The translations under genes and the position numbers were made by a program. A DNA stretch of 64,000 nt from Acidobacteriota bacterium (GTDB taxonomy: Bacteria > Acidobacteriota > CAIWXX01). Below, in pieces: positions 52,455 to 60,923 of the stretch; position 1 is the first letter of the stretch, and each line of letters opens with the position of its first letter. The stretch is taken from contig JBFMAF010000036.1 of the NCBI GenBank assembly GCA_040755995.1, positions 1 to 64,000 on the forward strand. The letters run 5' to 3'. Below the pieces are notes generated by a model that worked only from the letters and a program-made list of their open reading frames with translations, did not search any database and was not told where the DNA came from.

Positions 52455-52566
52455 GCCCTTTTCCTCAGATGTGGGAGGTCGCGGAGCAGGCGAACGGGAA
52501 GCGGCGGCGGGCCCTCTCAAAGCGACGCCGTCCGTGTCAGGGGAACTCCGCGTCTCCGCGTCGGCT

Positions 52567-52600
52567 CCGGCGCGCAGGGTCTTGTCACCCTGCACGCCGG
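52567..52600 (-). terminator. Hairpin just downstream of the glutamate synthase-like gene
   Basis: ccggcgcgcagggt...accctgcacgccgg; no clear U tract. Confidence 0.4.
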
Positions 52601-52610
52601 TGGCCTTTGA

Positions 52611-54200
52611 CTACAGCACGCTCTTCAGAATGGCGTCGCACTCGTCCTTGTCGACGTCCATTACGAACTGGATGCCGCTGATGTCGGCGGCTTCCTTGGT
52701 CAGGCTGGCGATGTCGTCGCGACGGATATGCTCGAGCGAGAACTTGCGGTTGCCGGCCATGAGCTGGCGCAGCCCCTGCGCGAGGCGCTCGTAGTAGGTG
52801 TAGAGGCCGATCGCGCCGCACGGCAGCTTCTCGAACTCCACATCGCCCAGCTCGCGCCTGAGCTCGGCGGCCGTCACGAAGATCTCGTCCTTGGTGCTTC
52901 CGAACCGCTCGACGTAAACCGGCAGCTCGTGCTCCTCCATGGCACGTCCAATGGTCTTCCCGACCATCGCCGCGGCGATCGGTGCGCGCGCCATGCCGAC
53001 CATCTTCACGTACGGTGCGCCCAGCGCGAGACCCTTGAAGATCTGGTCCTCGAACGTGAACCCGCCCGCCACCACCACCGCCGGTACGTGCGCGCCCTTG
53101 TCGGCGATCCGCTTCGTATGCTGATAGAGCAGCGAGTGCAGCTCGACCGGCGGCACGCCCCACTCGTTCATCATCCGCCAGGGGCTCATGCCGGTGCCGC
53201 CTCCAGCGCCGTCCACAGTCAGCATGTCGAGCTTGTACTTCGAGCAGAACGCAACGGCTCGCGCGAGATCCGCCGGGCGGTACGCCCCGGTCTTCAAGAA
53301 GATGTACTTCGCGCCCGCCTTGCGCAGCTCGGCGATCCTCTGCGCGAAGCCCTCCTCCGACACCATCCCGACTCTGGAGTGCCGCTCGAACTCCTTGAAC
53401 ACACCGCGCTCGAACGCCCTGATCGCGACCGGATCGGTCGGATTCGGAAGAACGATGTAGCCGCGCTCGTACAGTATCTGCGCCTTCTTGAGGTTGTTGA
53501 TCTTGACCTCGCCGCCGATGTCCTTCGCCCCCTGGCCCCACTTCAGCTCCACGATCTCGACGCCGAGCTTCTCTATCGCGTACTCCTGCACGCCCAGGCG
53601 CGTGTCCTCGACGTTCGCCTGCACGATGATGGCGCCGTAGCTGTCATGCTGGTGATCCTTGTACAGCTTCACCCGCCGCTTCAGGTCCACCGTGTCGACG
53701 ACACGCCCGTGCTTGAACGTAGCGTCGGGGTCCATGCCGACCACGTTCTCGCCGATCGTCACGCCCGTGCCGGCGATGGCCGACCCCGAGGCGATGCCTT
53801 CCCAGTTGTTCTTCGCGATGTTGGTCGATCCGATGCCGGGGATGATCCAAGGCAGCTTGAACTTGATCCCCTTGTCGTGACCGAGCGCCACCTCGAGATT
53901 CACTTTTGGGAAAATCGCCTTGTCGCTGTCGGCCTCGATCCCGTGCGCGCCGACGGCCGTGCCCATGATGTTGAAGTGCGAGTAGTCGACCGGGTACATC
54001 TTCTCGCCCGCCGTCGTGATGACGCCGAACGGCTGCGGGTAGATCACCTCGTGCCCGCGATAAGCCGACTTGCCGATCTCGCACATGCCGACGCAGCCGT
54101 CGACACAGGTGACGCACATGCCGGATGTCGGGACGATGGACTGTTCGGTACGGTTCTTGGTCAGAGTTGCAGCGGAAGCATTAATTCTCGTCAATGACAT
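52611..54200 (-). CDS. FMN-binding glutamate synthase family protein (stand-alone, no amidotransferase domain)
   Basis: CxxCxxxCxxxC N-terminus, TIGEN, ELKWGQGAK.IGGE, DGAGGGTGMSP, AGG. Confidence 0.9.
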   Translation of the reverse strand: MSLTRINASAATLTKNRTEQSIVPTSGMCVTCVDGCVGMCEIGKSAYRGHEVIYPQPFGVITTAGEKMYPVDYSHFNIMGTAVGAHGIEADSDKAIFPKVNLEVALGHDKGIKFKLPWIIPGIGSTNIAKNNWEGIASGSAIAGTGVTIGENVVGMDPDATFKHGRVVDTVDLKRRVKLYKDHQHDSYGAIIVQANVEDTRLGVQEYAIEKLGVEIVELKWGQGAKDIGGEVKINNLKKAQILYERGYIVLPNPTDPVAIRAFERGVFKEFERHSRVGMVSEEGFAQRIAELRKAGAKYIFLKTGAYRPADLARAVAFCSKYKLDMLTVDGAGGGTGMSPWRMMNEWGVPPVELHSLLYQHTKRIADKGAHVPAVVVAGGFTFEDQIFKGLALGAPYVKMVGMARAPIAAAMVGKTIGRAMEEHELPVYVERFGSTKDEIFVTAAELRRELGDVEFEKLPCGAIGLYTYYERLAQGLRQLMAGNRKFSLEHIRRDDIASLTKEAADISGIQFVMDVDKDECDAILKSVL

Positions 54201-54301
54201 GGTTCTTTACTCCTTTCCTCGCGAGGCCGCAGCCTCGATATGAAGGGCCGCCCCGCGGGCCGCCCGGATGGTTTCTCCAACGGTCTGACGGATACACATG
54301 A

Positions 54302-54979
54302 CTAGTCTTTCTTGATCTCGCACGCGACGCACGGCGACATGAAGCACATCATGTCGTCGAACCCCTCCTTCTCGAGACACGGCGGGCTCAAGTTGGCGCA
54401 GCCGCCGCAGATGGCCTTGTCGGGTTCGGTGTACGTGCAGCGCAGCTGGCAGGCCGGGCAGACGTAGATGCATCCGCCGCACAGGCGGCAGACCTCCGAG
54501 CTGATGTCGAACGGAGTCGTGATGCGCCGGTGGTCGCCGCGCGCGGTGAACCCGATCGCCCCCGCCGCCATCTGCTCCTTGCACATCCGCACGCACAGAC
54601 CGCAGAGAATACAGTCCTCGTGTTCCTGGCGGAATCGTTGCTGGCGTACCTCATGGGCGGAGGCAAGATCCTGGATGATCTTGGATTGCGGGCACGAGGC
54701 CAGCAGCAGCTCCAGGATCATCTTGCGCGCGCGCACGACACGGTTGGATGCAGTGCGCACCACCGCCCCTTCCTCGGCCGGGTACGTGCACGAAGAGACC
54801 AACCTCGCCTTGGCGCCCTGGCCGATCTCGACCACGCACAGGCGACAGGCTCCGTAGGGCGTCAGGCCCTCCATGTGGCACAGGGTGGGGATGGGGAAGC
54901 CGAGGAACCTGGCCGCCTCAAGCAGCGTCGTGCCTTTTTCGACGGATACGGGCAACCCGTTGATCTTGATGTTGATCAC
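54302..54979 (-). CDS. NuoG/HydA N-terminal-like Fe-S subunit
   Basis: PTLC...GACRLC...SC (2Fe-2S); CILCGLCVRMC and CRLCGGCIYVCP; Cys-rich tail. Confidence 0.9.
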   Translation of the reverse strand: MINIKINGLPVSVEKGTTLLEAARFLGFPIPTLCHMEGLTPYGACRLCVVEIGQGAKARLVSSCTYPAEEGAVVRTASNRVVRARKMILELLLASCPQSKIIQDLASAHEVRQQRFRQEHEDCILCGLCVRMCKEQMAAGAIGFTARGDHRRITTPFDISSEVCRLCGGCIYVCPACQLRCTYTEPDKAICGGCANLSPPCLEKEGFDDMMCFMSPCVACEIKKD

Positions 54980-57900
54980 TGGGCACCTCCTGCATGGACA
55001 GTAGTTTCTTCGGGCTGTGGAGCCGGCTTGGTGAAGGCGAGGTCGCAGCGCAGACAGCGCCGCGCCTCACGCGCCGCCTGCTCCAGCGTGAACGCCTTCT
55101 CGACCTCGACGAAGCCGCTCAGCCTCTCGCATGTCGGCAGACGAGGCAGCTCGACGCGCCGCGCGGGTTCGGCGGCCTCGGGCTCGGGAGCGAGCGGTTC
55201 GACGTAGACGCTCGGCCTTCGCAGCTGCTCCGGTTGGGCCAGCACCTCCCGCCGCAGGTAGCGGTCGATCATCACCGCCGCCCTCTTTCCAGCAGCGATG
55301 GCATCCACCACGGTGTTGGGTCCGGTGACCACGTCGCCACCCGCGAACACCCCGGCGCGGTTCGTAAGCAGGGTGTCGGAATCGATCTTCACAGTGCCGC
55401 CTGCGGTGACCTCGATGCGGTTGACGCCGGCCACCGCGATGCAGTCCGTGTCGGAACCCTCGCTGATCGCCACGATCAGCGTATCGACCGGCACGCTGTA
55501 CTCTGTTCCTGGGATCGGCACAGGGCGGCGGCGACCGCTGGCATCGACCTCGCCCAGGCTGTTCTTGATCAGTTCGATCCCAGTGATGCTGCCATCCTTG
55601 GTGAGGATCCTCGTTGGCGCGGTGAGCGTCTTGATCGACACGCCCTCCTGCTCAGCGGCCTCCACCTCCTCGGCGAACGCCGGCATCTCCTTGAGCGTGC
55701 GGCGGTAGTATATCGTCACACTTTCTACGCCCGGCTGCCGCTTGGCGGTGCGCGCCGCGTCCACCGCGGAGTTGCCGCCGCCGACAACGGCCACACGGCC
55801 CCTGGCGAGTTGCTCCCCACGCTGGTTGTGCGCCTTCAGAAAGCTGATCGATGGGATCACACCCTTGGCATCCTCGCCGTCCAGGCCCAGGCGCAGGCTC
55901 TTGTGCGCTCCCAGCGCGACGAATATTGCGCCGTACCCCTTCTCGAACAGCGAGTCGAGGGTGATGTCGCGCCCCAGAGTGCTGTTGCAGACCAGAGTGA
56001 CATTCTCATCCAGAAGCGAGGCAATCTCCTTCCGCATGACCTCACGCGGCAGGCGATAGCCTGGGATAGCCGAGAACATCATGCCGCCCGGCTCGGCGTC
56101 CTGCTCGTAGACGGTGACCTTGTACCCTCTGAGAGACAGGTAGTGAGCCGCCGAAAGACCGGCGGGCCCCGACCCGATCACCGCGACTGGAGGTGACCCT
56201 GGAGGCGCACTGGTGTGGCGCACTGGTTTGAAGCTCATAGGATCGATGTTGTCGGTGATGAAGCGCTTGAGGGCGCGGATTGCGACCGGGTCGCCGCCCG
56301 TGGCCCCGGCCCGGCAGCGCTCCTCGCACGGATGATTGCACACTCGAGCACAGACGGACGGGAACGGGTTGGCTTCACGGATCGCCTGGTACGCCTCCTG
56401 GTACTCTCCGCGGCCAATGTGCGCGACGTATCGCCAGGCCTCGGTGCCCAACGGGCAGGCGGACTGGCAAGGAGCGCCGACCAGGTCGTTGCACACGAAG
56501 GCGTCGCACCGCTTGTGCACGATGTGCCGCTCGTACTCCTTGCGGAAGTAGCGCAGAGTGGAGAGAACCGGGTTCGACGCCGTCTGCCCCAGCCCGCACA
56601 TGCTCGTGTCCTTGACCACCTCAGCCAGCTCCTGCAGCAGCTTCAGCTGCGCCAGGGTCGCCTTGCCCTTGGACACGTCGTCGAGGATCTCCCACATGCG
56701 CTGCGTGCCCTTGCGGCAAGTGAAGCACTTCCCGCAGGACTCATCTTTGAGGAAGTTCATGAAGTACCTGGCGACGTCCACCATGCAGGTGTCTTCGTCC
56801 ATGACGATCATGCCGCCGGAACCCATGATCGAGCCTGCCTGAACCAGCGAATCGAAGTCTATCGGGAGGTCGAACATGGAGGCGGGTATGCAGCCTCCTG
56901 AGGGGCCGCCGGTCTGCACCGCCTTGACCTTGGCTCTTCCTGGTGCACCTCCGCCGATCTCGTGTACCACCTGGCGGATCTTGATCCCGAGGGGAACCTC
57001 GACCAGGCCGGTGTTGCGGATTTTCCCGACGAGCGAGAATATCTTCGTCCCGCTGTTGCCCGGCACGCCCACCTTGACGTACTCGGCCGCACCGTCTCTG
57101 ATGATGACTGGGACGTTGGCGAAGGTTTCCACGTTGTTGATGCAGGTGGGGCACCCGTCGATGCCTTTCTCGATCGGGTATGGCGGCCGCTGCCTGGGCT
57201 CGCCCCGGTAGCCCATCACGGACCTTATCAGGGCCGTCTCCTCTCCGCACACGAAAGCCCCGGCGCCACGCACGATCTCGATGTCGAAGCTGATACTTGT
57301 TCCGAGGATGTTCTCGCCCAGGAGACCATAGTCGTGCGCCTGCCTGAGGGCAATCGTGGTGTGCTTGATCGCAAGCGGGTACTCGCTGCGCACGTAGACG
57401 ATCCCACGGCTGGCGCCGATGGCGATGGCTCCAATGATCATCCCCTCGATGATGGCGTGCGGGTTGCCTTCCAGCAGACTGCGATCCATGTAAGCGCCGG
57501 GGTCACCCTCATCGCAGTTGCATACGATGTACTTCCGGCCCCCGCCGTTTCCAGCCGCACGGGCCAACTGCCACTTCATCCCCGTGAGGAATCCGGCACC
57601 ACCACGCCCGCGCAATCCCGATGCCTTGACCTCTGCCACGATCCACGCCGGATCGATCTTGCTGAGCACCTTCTCAAGCGCGGCGTAGCCGCCCTGGTCG
57701 AAGTAGTTCTCTATGCGTATCGGATCGAGCTGTTGGTTGCTGCCCAGGATCGTCCGCGTCTGGCTCTTGAAGAACGGAATGTCGCTCTGGCAGTGGTACT
57801 TCACCGTGGCGTGCGGCTCCCGGTACAGAAGGTCCTCCTCCACGTAGCCGCCCAACGCAGAGTTGATCACGCGCGGCACGTCCTCCATCTTCAACCTCGG

Positions 57901-58167
57901 ATACAGGTGCTGGCCGGGTTCCACCACGATGAACGGGTCCATCTCGCAGAACCCCTGGCAACCTGTGATCCTGAGCTGGATCTTGTCTTGAAGGTTGTGT
58001 TCCAGGATGTGGCGCTTGATGACCCTCATGATGTCGTTGGAGCCGCTGGCCTGGCCGCCCGTGCCCGCGCACAGCACGAGGGTGGGTCTTGCGGGCCGCG
58101 CGCTCTTCACTTCCTGGACGCGCCTGCGGAAGCTGATGAGTTCGTCAACCGATGTCAGTCTGACCAT
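54976..58167 (-). CDS. NuoF/HydB-like FMN subunit fused to GltD/NfnB-like FAD/NADPH oxidoreductase
   Basis: GLRGRGGAGF, CDEGDPGAYMD, CGEET, GGPSGG, SCGKCxxC; then PCQSACP, CARVC..PCE..C, GSGPAG, GGGNSA, YRR. Confidence 0.93.
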   Translation of the reverse strand: MVRLTSVDELISFRRRVQEVKSARPARPTLVLCAGTGGQASGSNDIMRVIKRHILEHNLQDKIQLRITGCQGFCEMDPFIVVEPGQHLYPRLKMEDVPRVINSALGGYVEEDLLYREPHATVKYHCQSDIPFFKSQTRTILGSNQQLDPIRIENYFDQGGYAALEKVLSKIDPAWIVAEVKASGLRGRGGAGFLTGMKWQLARAAGNGGGRKYIVCNCDEGDPGAYMDRSLLEGNPHAIIEGMIIGAIAIGASRGIVYVRSEYPLAIKHTTIALRQAHDYGLLGENILGTSISFDIEIVRGAGAFVCGEETALIRSVMGYRGEPRQRPPYPIEKGIDGCPTCINNVETFANVPVIIRDGAAEYVKVGVPGNSGTKIFSLVGKIRNTGLVEVPLGIKIRQVVHEIGGGAPGRAKVKAVQTGGPSGGCIPASMFDLPIDFDSLVQAGSIMGSGGMIVMDEDTCMVDVARYFMNFLKDESCGKCFTCRKGTQRMWEILDDVSKGKATLAQLKLLQELAEVVKDTSMCGLGQTASNPVLSTLRYFRKEYERHIVHKRCDAFVCNDLVGAPCQSACPLGTEAWRYVAHIGRGEYQEAYQAIREANPFPSVCARVCNHPCEERCRAGATGGDPVAIRALKRFITDNIDPMSFKPVRHTSAPPGSPPVAVIGSGPAGLSAAHYLSLRGYKVTVYEQDAEPGGMMFSAIPGYRLPREVMRKEIASLLDENVTLVCNSTLGRDITLDSLFEKGYGAIFVALGAHKSLRLGLDGEDAKGVIPSISFLKAHNQRGEQLARGRVAVVGGGNSAVDAARTAKRQPGVESVTIYYRRTLKEMPAFAEEVEAAEQEGVSIKTLTAPTRILTKDGSITGIELIKNSLGEVDASGRRRPVPIPGTEYSVPVDTLIVAISEGSDTDCIAVAGVNRIEVTAGGTVKIDSDTLLTNRAGVFAGGDVVTGPNTVVDAIAAGKRAAVMIDRYLRREVLAQPEQLRRPSVYVEPLAPEPEAAEPARRVELPRLPTCERLSGFVEVEKAFTLEQAAREARRCLRCDLAFTKPAPQPEETTVHAGGAQ

Positions 58168-58179
58168 CTCGAATCTCCA

Positions 58180-59028
58180 TTAGAGCTCAGGGCCGGTGGC
58201 CGTCAGGTCAAGCATGTGGTTCCGGCAACCCCGGCGTGAGCAGAATTGCACAATGCCGCCACCGCGTATGATCATCGGCACCATCGGCGCATCGCACTCG
58301 ACGCAGGGCGGCGCACCGGCGAGCTCGGCGTTGCAGTGGGGGCAGAAGAAGTTGGCCGCCTCGCCCGCAGGAATCTCGTACTCGGTCTCGACGCTGTACG
58401 AGCCGTAGAGGCAGGAGAGCAGCACCCAGCCGCGTCTGTCTCGGAAGGAGACGGTGACCCTGACCCCAGGGAGGCCGTCCACGAGATGGGCCGGGTCCAT
58501 TAAGGTGTGACCACAACGGCCACAGGAAAGATCCACGGGGAAGACACGCCTATCGGTGTGGATGTCGATCTTGTCGAGCCCCTCTCTGGCCTTGTTCAGG
58601 ATGCGAGAGACCGACGTGGCCCCAACATTGGAGAAGTAGTGCCCGTCCACGACAACGATGGGCCCAAGGGCGCAGCCGCCGAGGCAGTTCTGCGTCTCCA
58701 GCGTGAATTCGCGGTCCGCCGTTGTGTCACCGGCCTTCACTCGGAGCTGGCGTTCAAGCTCCTCCGAGACCTTGGGCGCCCCCCGCACGTGGCACGCCGT
58801 TCCCAGACAGCAGGTGACCAGGTGCTTCCCGCGCGGCTTGAGACTGAACGCCCGGAAGAACGTGGCGACTCCATAGACGTCGACCAGCGAGCGGCCCGTC
58901 CTCTCGGCCACCGTCCGCAACGCTTCCGCAGGCAAGTATGAGTACTTCGTCTGAATCTCCTGCAGTATGGCGAGCAGATCGCCCCGCTCCCCGCTGTGCT
59001 TCTCGATAATCCTGGCAATCTCGCTCAT
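58180..59028 (-). CDS. NuoE/HydC-like [2Fe-2S] subunit with Cys-rich C-terminal extension
   Basis: CLGTACHVRG, CLGGCALGP; extension CGRC, CPHC, CVEC, CSRRGC; RBS GGAGG before ATG 59028. Confidence 0.92.
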   Translation of the reverse strand: MSEIARIIEKHSGERGDLLAILQEIQTKYSYLPAEALRTVAERTGRSLVDVYGVATFFRAFSLKPRGKHLVTCCLGTACHVRGAPKVSEELERQLRVKAGDTTADREFTLETQNCLGGCALGPIVVVDGHYFSNVGATSVSRILNKAREGLDKIDIHTDRRVFPVDLSCGRCGHTLMDPAHLVDGLPGVRVTVSFRDRRGWVLLSCLYGSYSVETEYEIPAGEAANFFCPHCNAELAGAPPCVECDAPMVPMIIRGGGIVQFCSRRGCRNHMLDLTATGPEL

Positions 59029-59129
59029 GCTTGCCACCTCCATGATGACGACTGGATGTCCTCAGGGACAGAGATGGGAGCACCTTCCCGGTGCTTCTCT
59101 ATCGCGCTGAGGACGCTTTCCGCTTTCAT
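59025..59129 (-). CDS. 34-aa upstream ORF coupled to the NuoE-like gene
   Basis: GGGAGGAATAA-ATG; MKAESVLSAIEKHREGAPISVPEDIQSSSWRWQA; TGA overlaps the downstream ATG. Confidence 0.5.
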   Translation of the reverse strand: MKAESVLSAIEKHREGAPISVPEDIQSSSWRWQA

Positions 59130-59364
59130 TTATTCCTCCCGGAAGTATGACGTTGTATGGGATCAGACCTCGGACTCAGAGATGTTGGACCCAAGAGCCA
59201 TTCGGCGGCGTTTGTGTGGGATTCGAAATCCGACGTGGACGAACCCAGATATTGGGCGAGATTTTCGCCGGCTCGACATGATGCGGTCGCTTCGGCATCG
59301 CCGCCTAGCATATCAAACATCATCGTCCGGGAAAACCCTGTTCGAGATAGAGATAGGGAATTGT

Positions 59365-59449
59365 GACACGGAGAGGGAAAGACGGAGAATCGGGGAGACG
59401 GAGAAACGGAGAATCGGAGACACGGGGAGGCGGAGAATCGGAGAAACGG
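59365..59449. repeat. Tandem octamer array (~10 units, xxCGGAGA)
   Basis: gacggaga atcgggga gacggaga aacggaga atcggaga cacgggga ggcggaga atcggaga. Confidence 0.85.
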
Positions 59450-59469
59450 CTCTTAACCAGCTCACGCGG

Positions 59470-60312
59470 CTACCAGCGCGGATCCTCCTGGTGGGACAGG
59501 CCATCGAAGAACAGGCGATGAAACATGCGGCTCCGTCCGGTCTCGAGGTCGGCTTCGCGCGCGATACGGAGTCTCGCGTCGAGCAGGCTGTCGGCGGTCG
59601 GCTCGACGCCGGCCTCAGGGTCGAGCCGCTCGAGATTCTCTCCCCGCCGGTCTTTCGGAACGCCGTTTCGGAGGCTCAGGCAGAGATCGCATCGCCCCTT
59701 TGGGTCGGTCAGGCGGCAGAGCCCGTTGAGCGCCCGCTTCATCTCCGAGCGCGCACCTGCCAGTAACTCGGTGGCGACGGAGCCCGATACGTCGACAGCC
59801 TCGGCGCACTCCGCTATGTCCAGCCCGAACAGCTCCTTCATCATCAGAACGGCCTGCGAATGCGGTGGCAGCGTTCGCCCGATGCACGTCAAACAGAACG
59901 CCACGTGTTCGCGAACATCGAATTCGAAACCCGGGTCGGATTTGATTCGCGAAAAACGGCGGGTCGCCTCCGGGTCGGCGATTGCCGCCCGGCTGGCTAT
60001 CTTCTGCGCGTCCACCCTCCAGCGCCTCCGCGTCGAGAGGTACTCGAAGCACAGGCGCGTGGCCAGCTTGAAGAGCCAGACGCGGAGGGCGCGGGGAGGC
60101 GGATCGCGCCGCACACGCTCGGCTACCGACACCAGCACATCCTGCGTGAGATCCTCTCCATCCTCCCAATGACCGACCATCCTGTACAGGTACGCGAGCA
60201 GCGGCGTTCGCCATGGCATGATCAGATCACTGAACGCATCCTCATCACCCTGATGCGCGCGCAGGAAGATGTCTCCGTCCTGTGGAACTGCTGGAAGCGG
60301 ATGAATCGGCAT
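59470..60312 (-). CDS. ECF sigma factor with Cys-containing C-terminal extension
   Basis: GDEDAF, EDLTQD, WLFKLATR, region 4; LCRLTDPKGRCDLC. Confidence 0.85.
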   Translation of the reverse strand: MPIHPLPAVPQDGDIFLRAHQGDEDAFSDLIMPWRTPLLAYLYRMVGHWEDGEDLTQDVLVSVAERVRRDPPPRALRVWLFKLATRLCFEYLSTRRRWRVDAQKIASRAAIADPEATRRFSRIKSDPGFEFDVREHVAFCLTCIGRTLPPHSQAVLMMKELFGLDIAECAEAVDVSGSVATELLAGARSEMKRALNGLCRLTDPKGRCDLCLSLRNGVPKDRRGENLERLDPEAGVEPTADSLLDARLRIAREADLETGRSRMFHRLFFDGLSHQEDPRW

Positions 60313-60453
60313 CTCGAACTCTCCGTGAGCATGATAGCACGTCGCCGATGCCGAGTGGGACCGCGGCGCGGGCGTGCGGGTCTGCCGCCCCATACGCCCC
60401 GATGCGAGAGCACTGCGTCGGGCCGCGGGCGCCGCAAGAATGCCGGTGCCGGC

Positions 60454-60768
60454 TCAGCGGGTGAACTTCACGACGACAGACTTCTCACCCCGCTGCCCTC
60501 GGTCATAGTCAATCCGAGAAACGACGCCTTTCGATGTATATGCCGGTGCAACCGTGGGCTCGGGGCGCATGTCCCTGGGCAGCGGCAGCGTCAGCGTCAC
60601 AGTATCATGGTGCCGTACGCTGCCCTTCAAAGGCAGGCGCACGGCGAGTGCGCTGATATTCGTCGTCCGGCTCATCTCCTCGAACCTATTCCCAGTCGCA
60701 TCGATGCCGATCACTTTGACTGGGAATCCAACATTTACTCGCTTCGCTCTTCGCCGTTCGGCGGCCAT
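60454..60768 (-). CDS. PilZ domain protein
   Basis: ERRRAKR and NISxxA motifs; RBS GAGGAGG. Confidence 0.8.
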   Translation of the reverse strand: MAAERRRAKRVNVGFPVKVIGIDATGNRFEEMSRTTNISALAVRLPLKGSVRHHDTVTLTLPLPRDMRPEPTVAPAYTSKGVVSRIDYDRGQRGEKSVVVKFTR

Positions 60769-60923
60769 TGCTTCCTCCTCGGGTCCCTGAGTGTGCCTGA
60801 TCTCCCGTAGGCTACCCACAGACGTCAAATAATTCCTACACGAAGAGTAGGATATCGCGGCGGGAGATGGATGTCAACCCCCGGCGTCACACACGTCTTC
60901 GGTGCCGATGCGCTGGTCGGTGG

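Noticed and set aside
54302..59028. Respiratory complex I or [FeFe]-hydrogenase
   Set aside because: No membrane nuo genes, H-cluster motifs or NiFe large subunit in the locus
59204..59305. tRNA gene (7-bp closing stem and TTCGAATCC T-loop-like motif on minus strand)
   Set aside because: No D arm or anticodon arm geometry, extra bases between the T-like stem and closing strand, no CCA; kept only as a structured-leader candidate
59365..59449. CRISPR array
   Set aside because: 8-bp tandem units with no unique spacers and no cas genes
58996..59766. 256-aa + strand ORF with RRIGET repeats
   Set aside because: Translation of the octamer DNA repeat and antisense of the sigma gene
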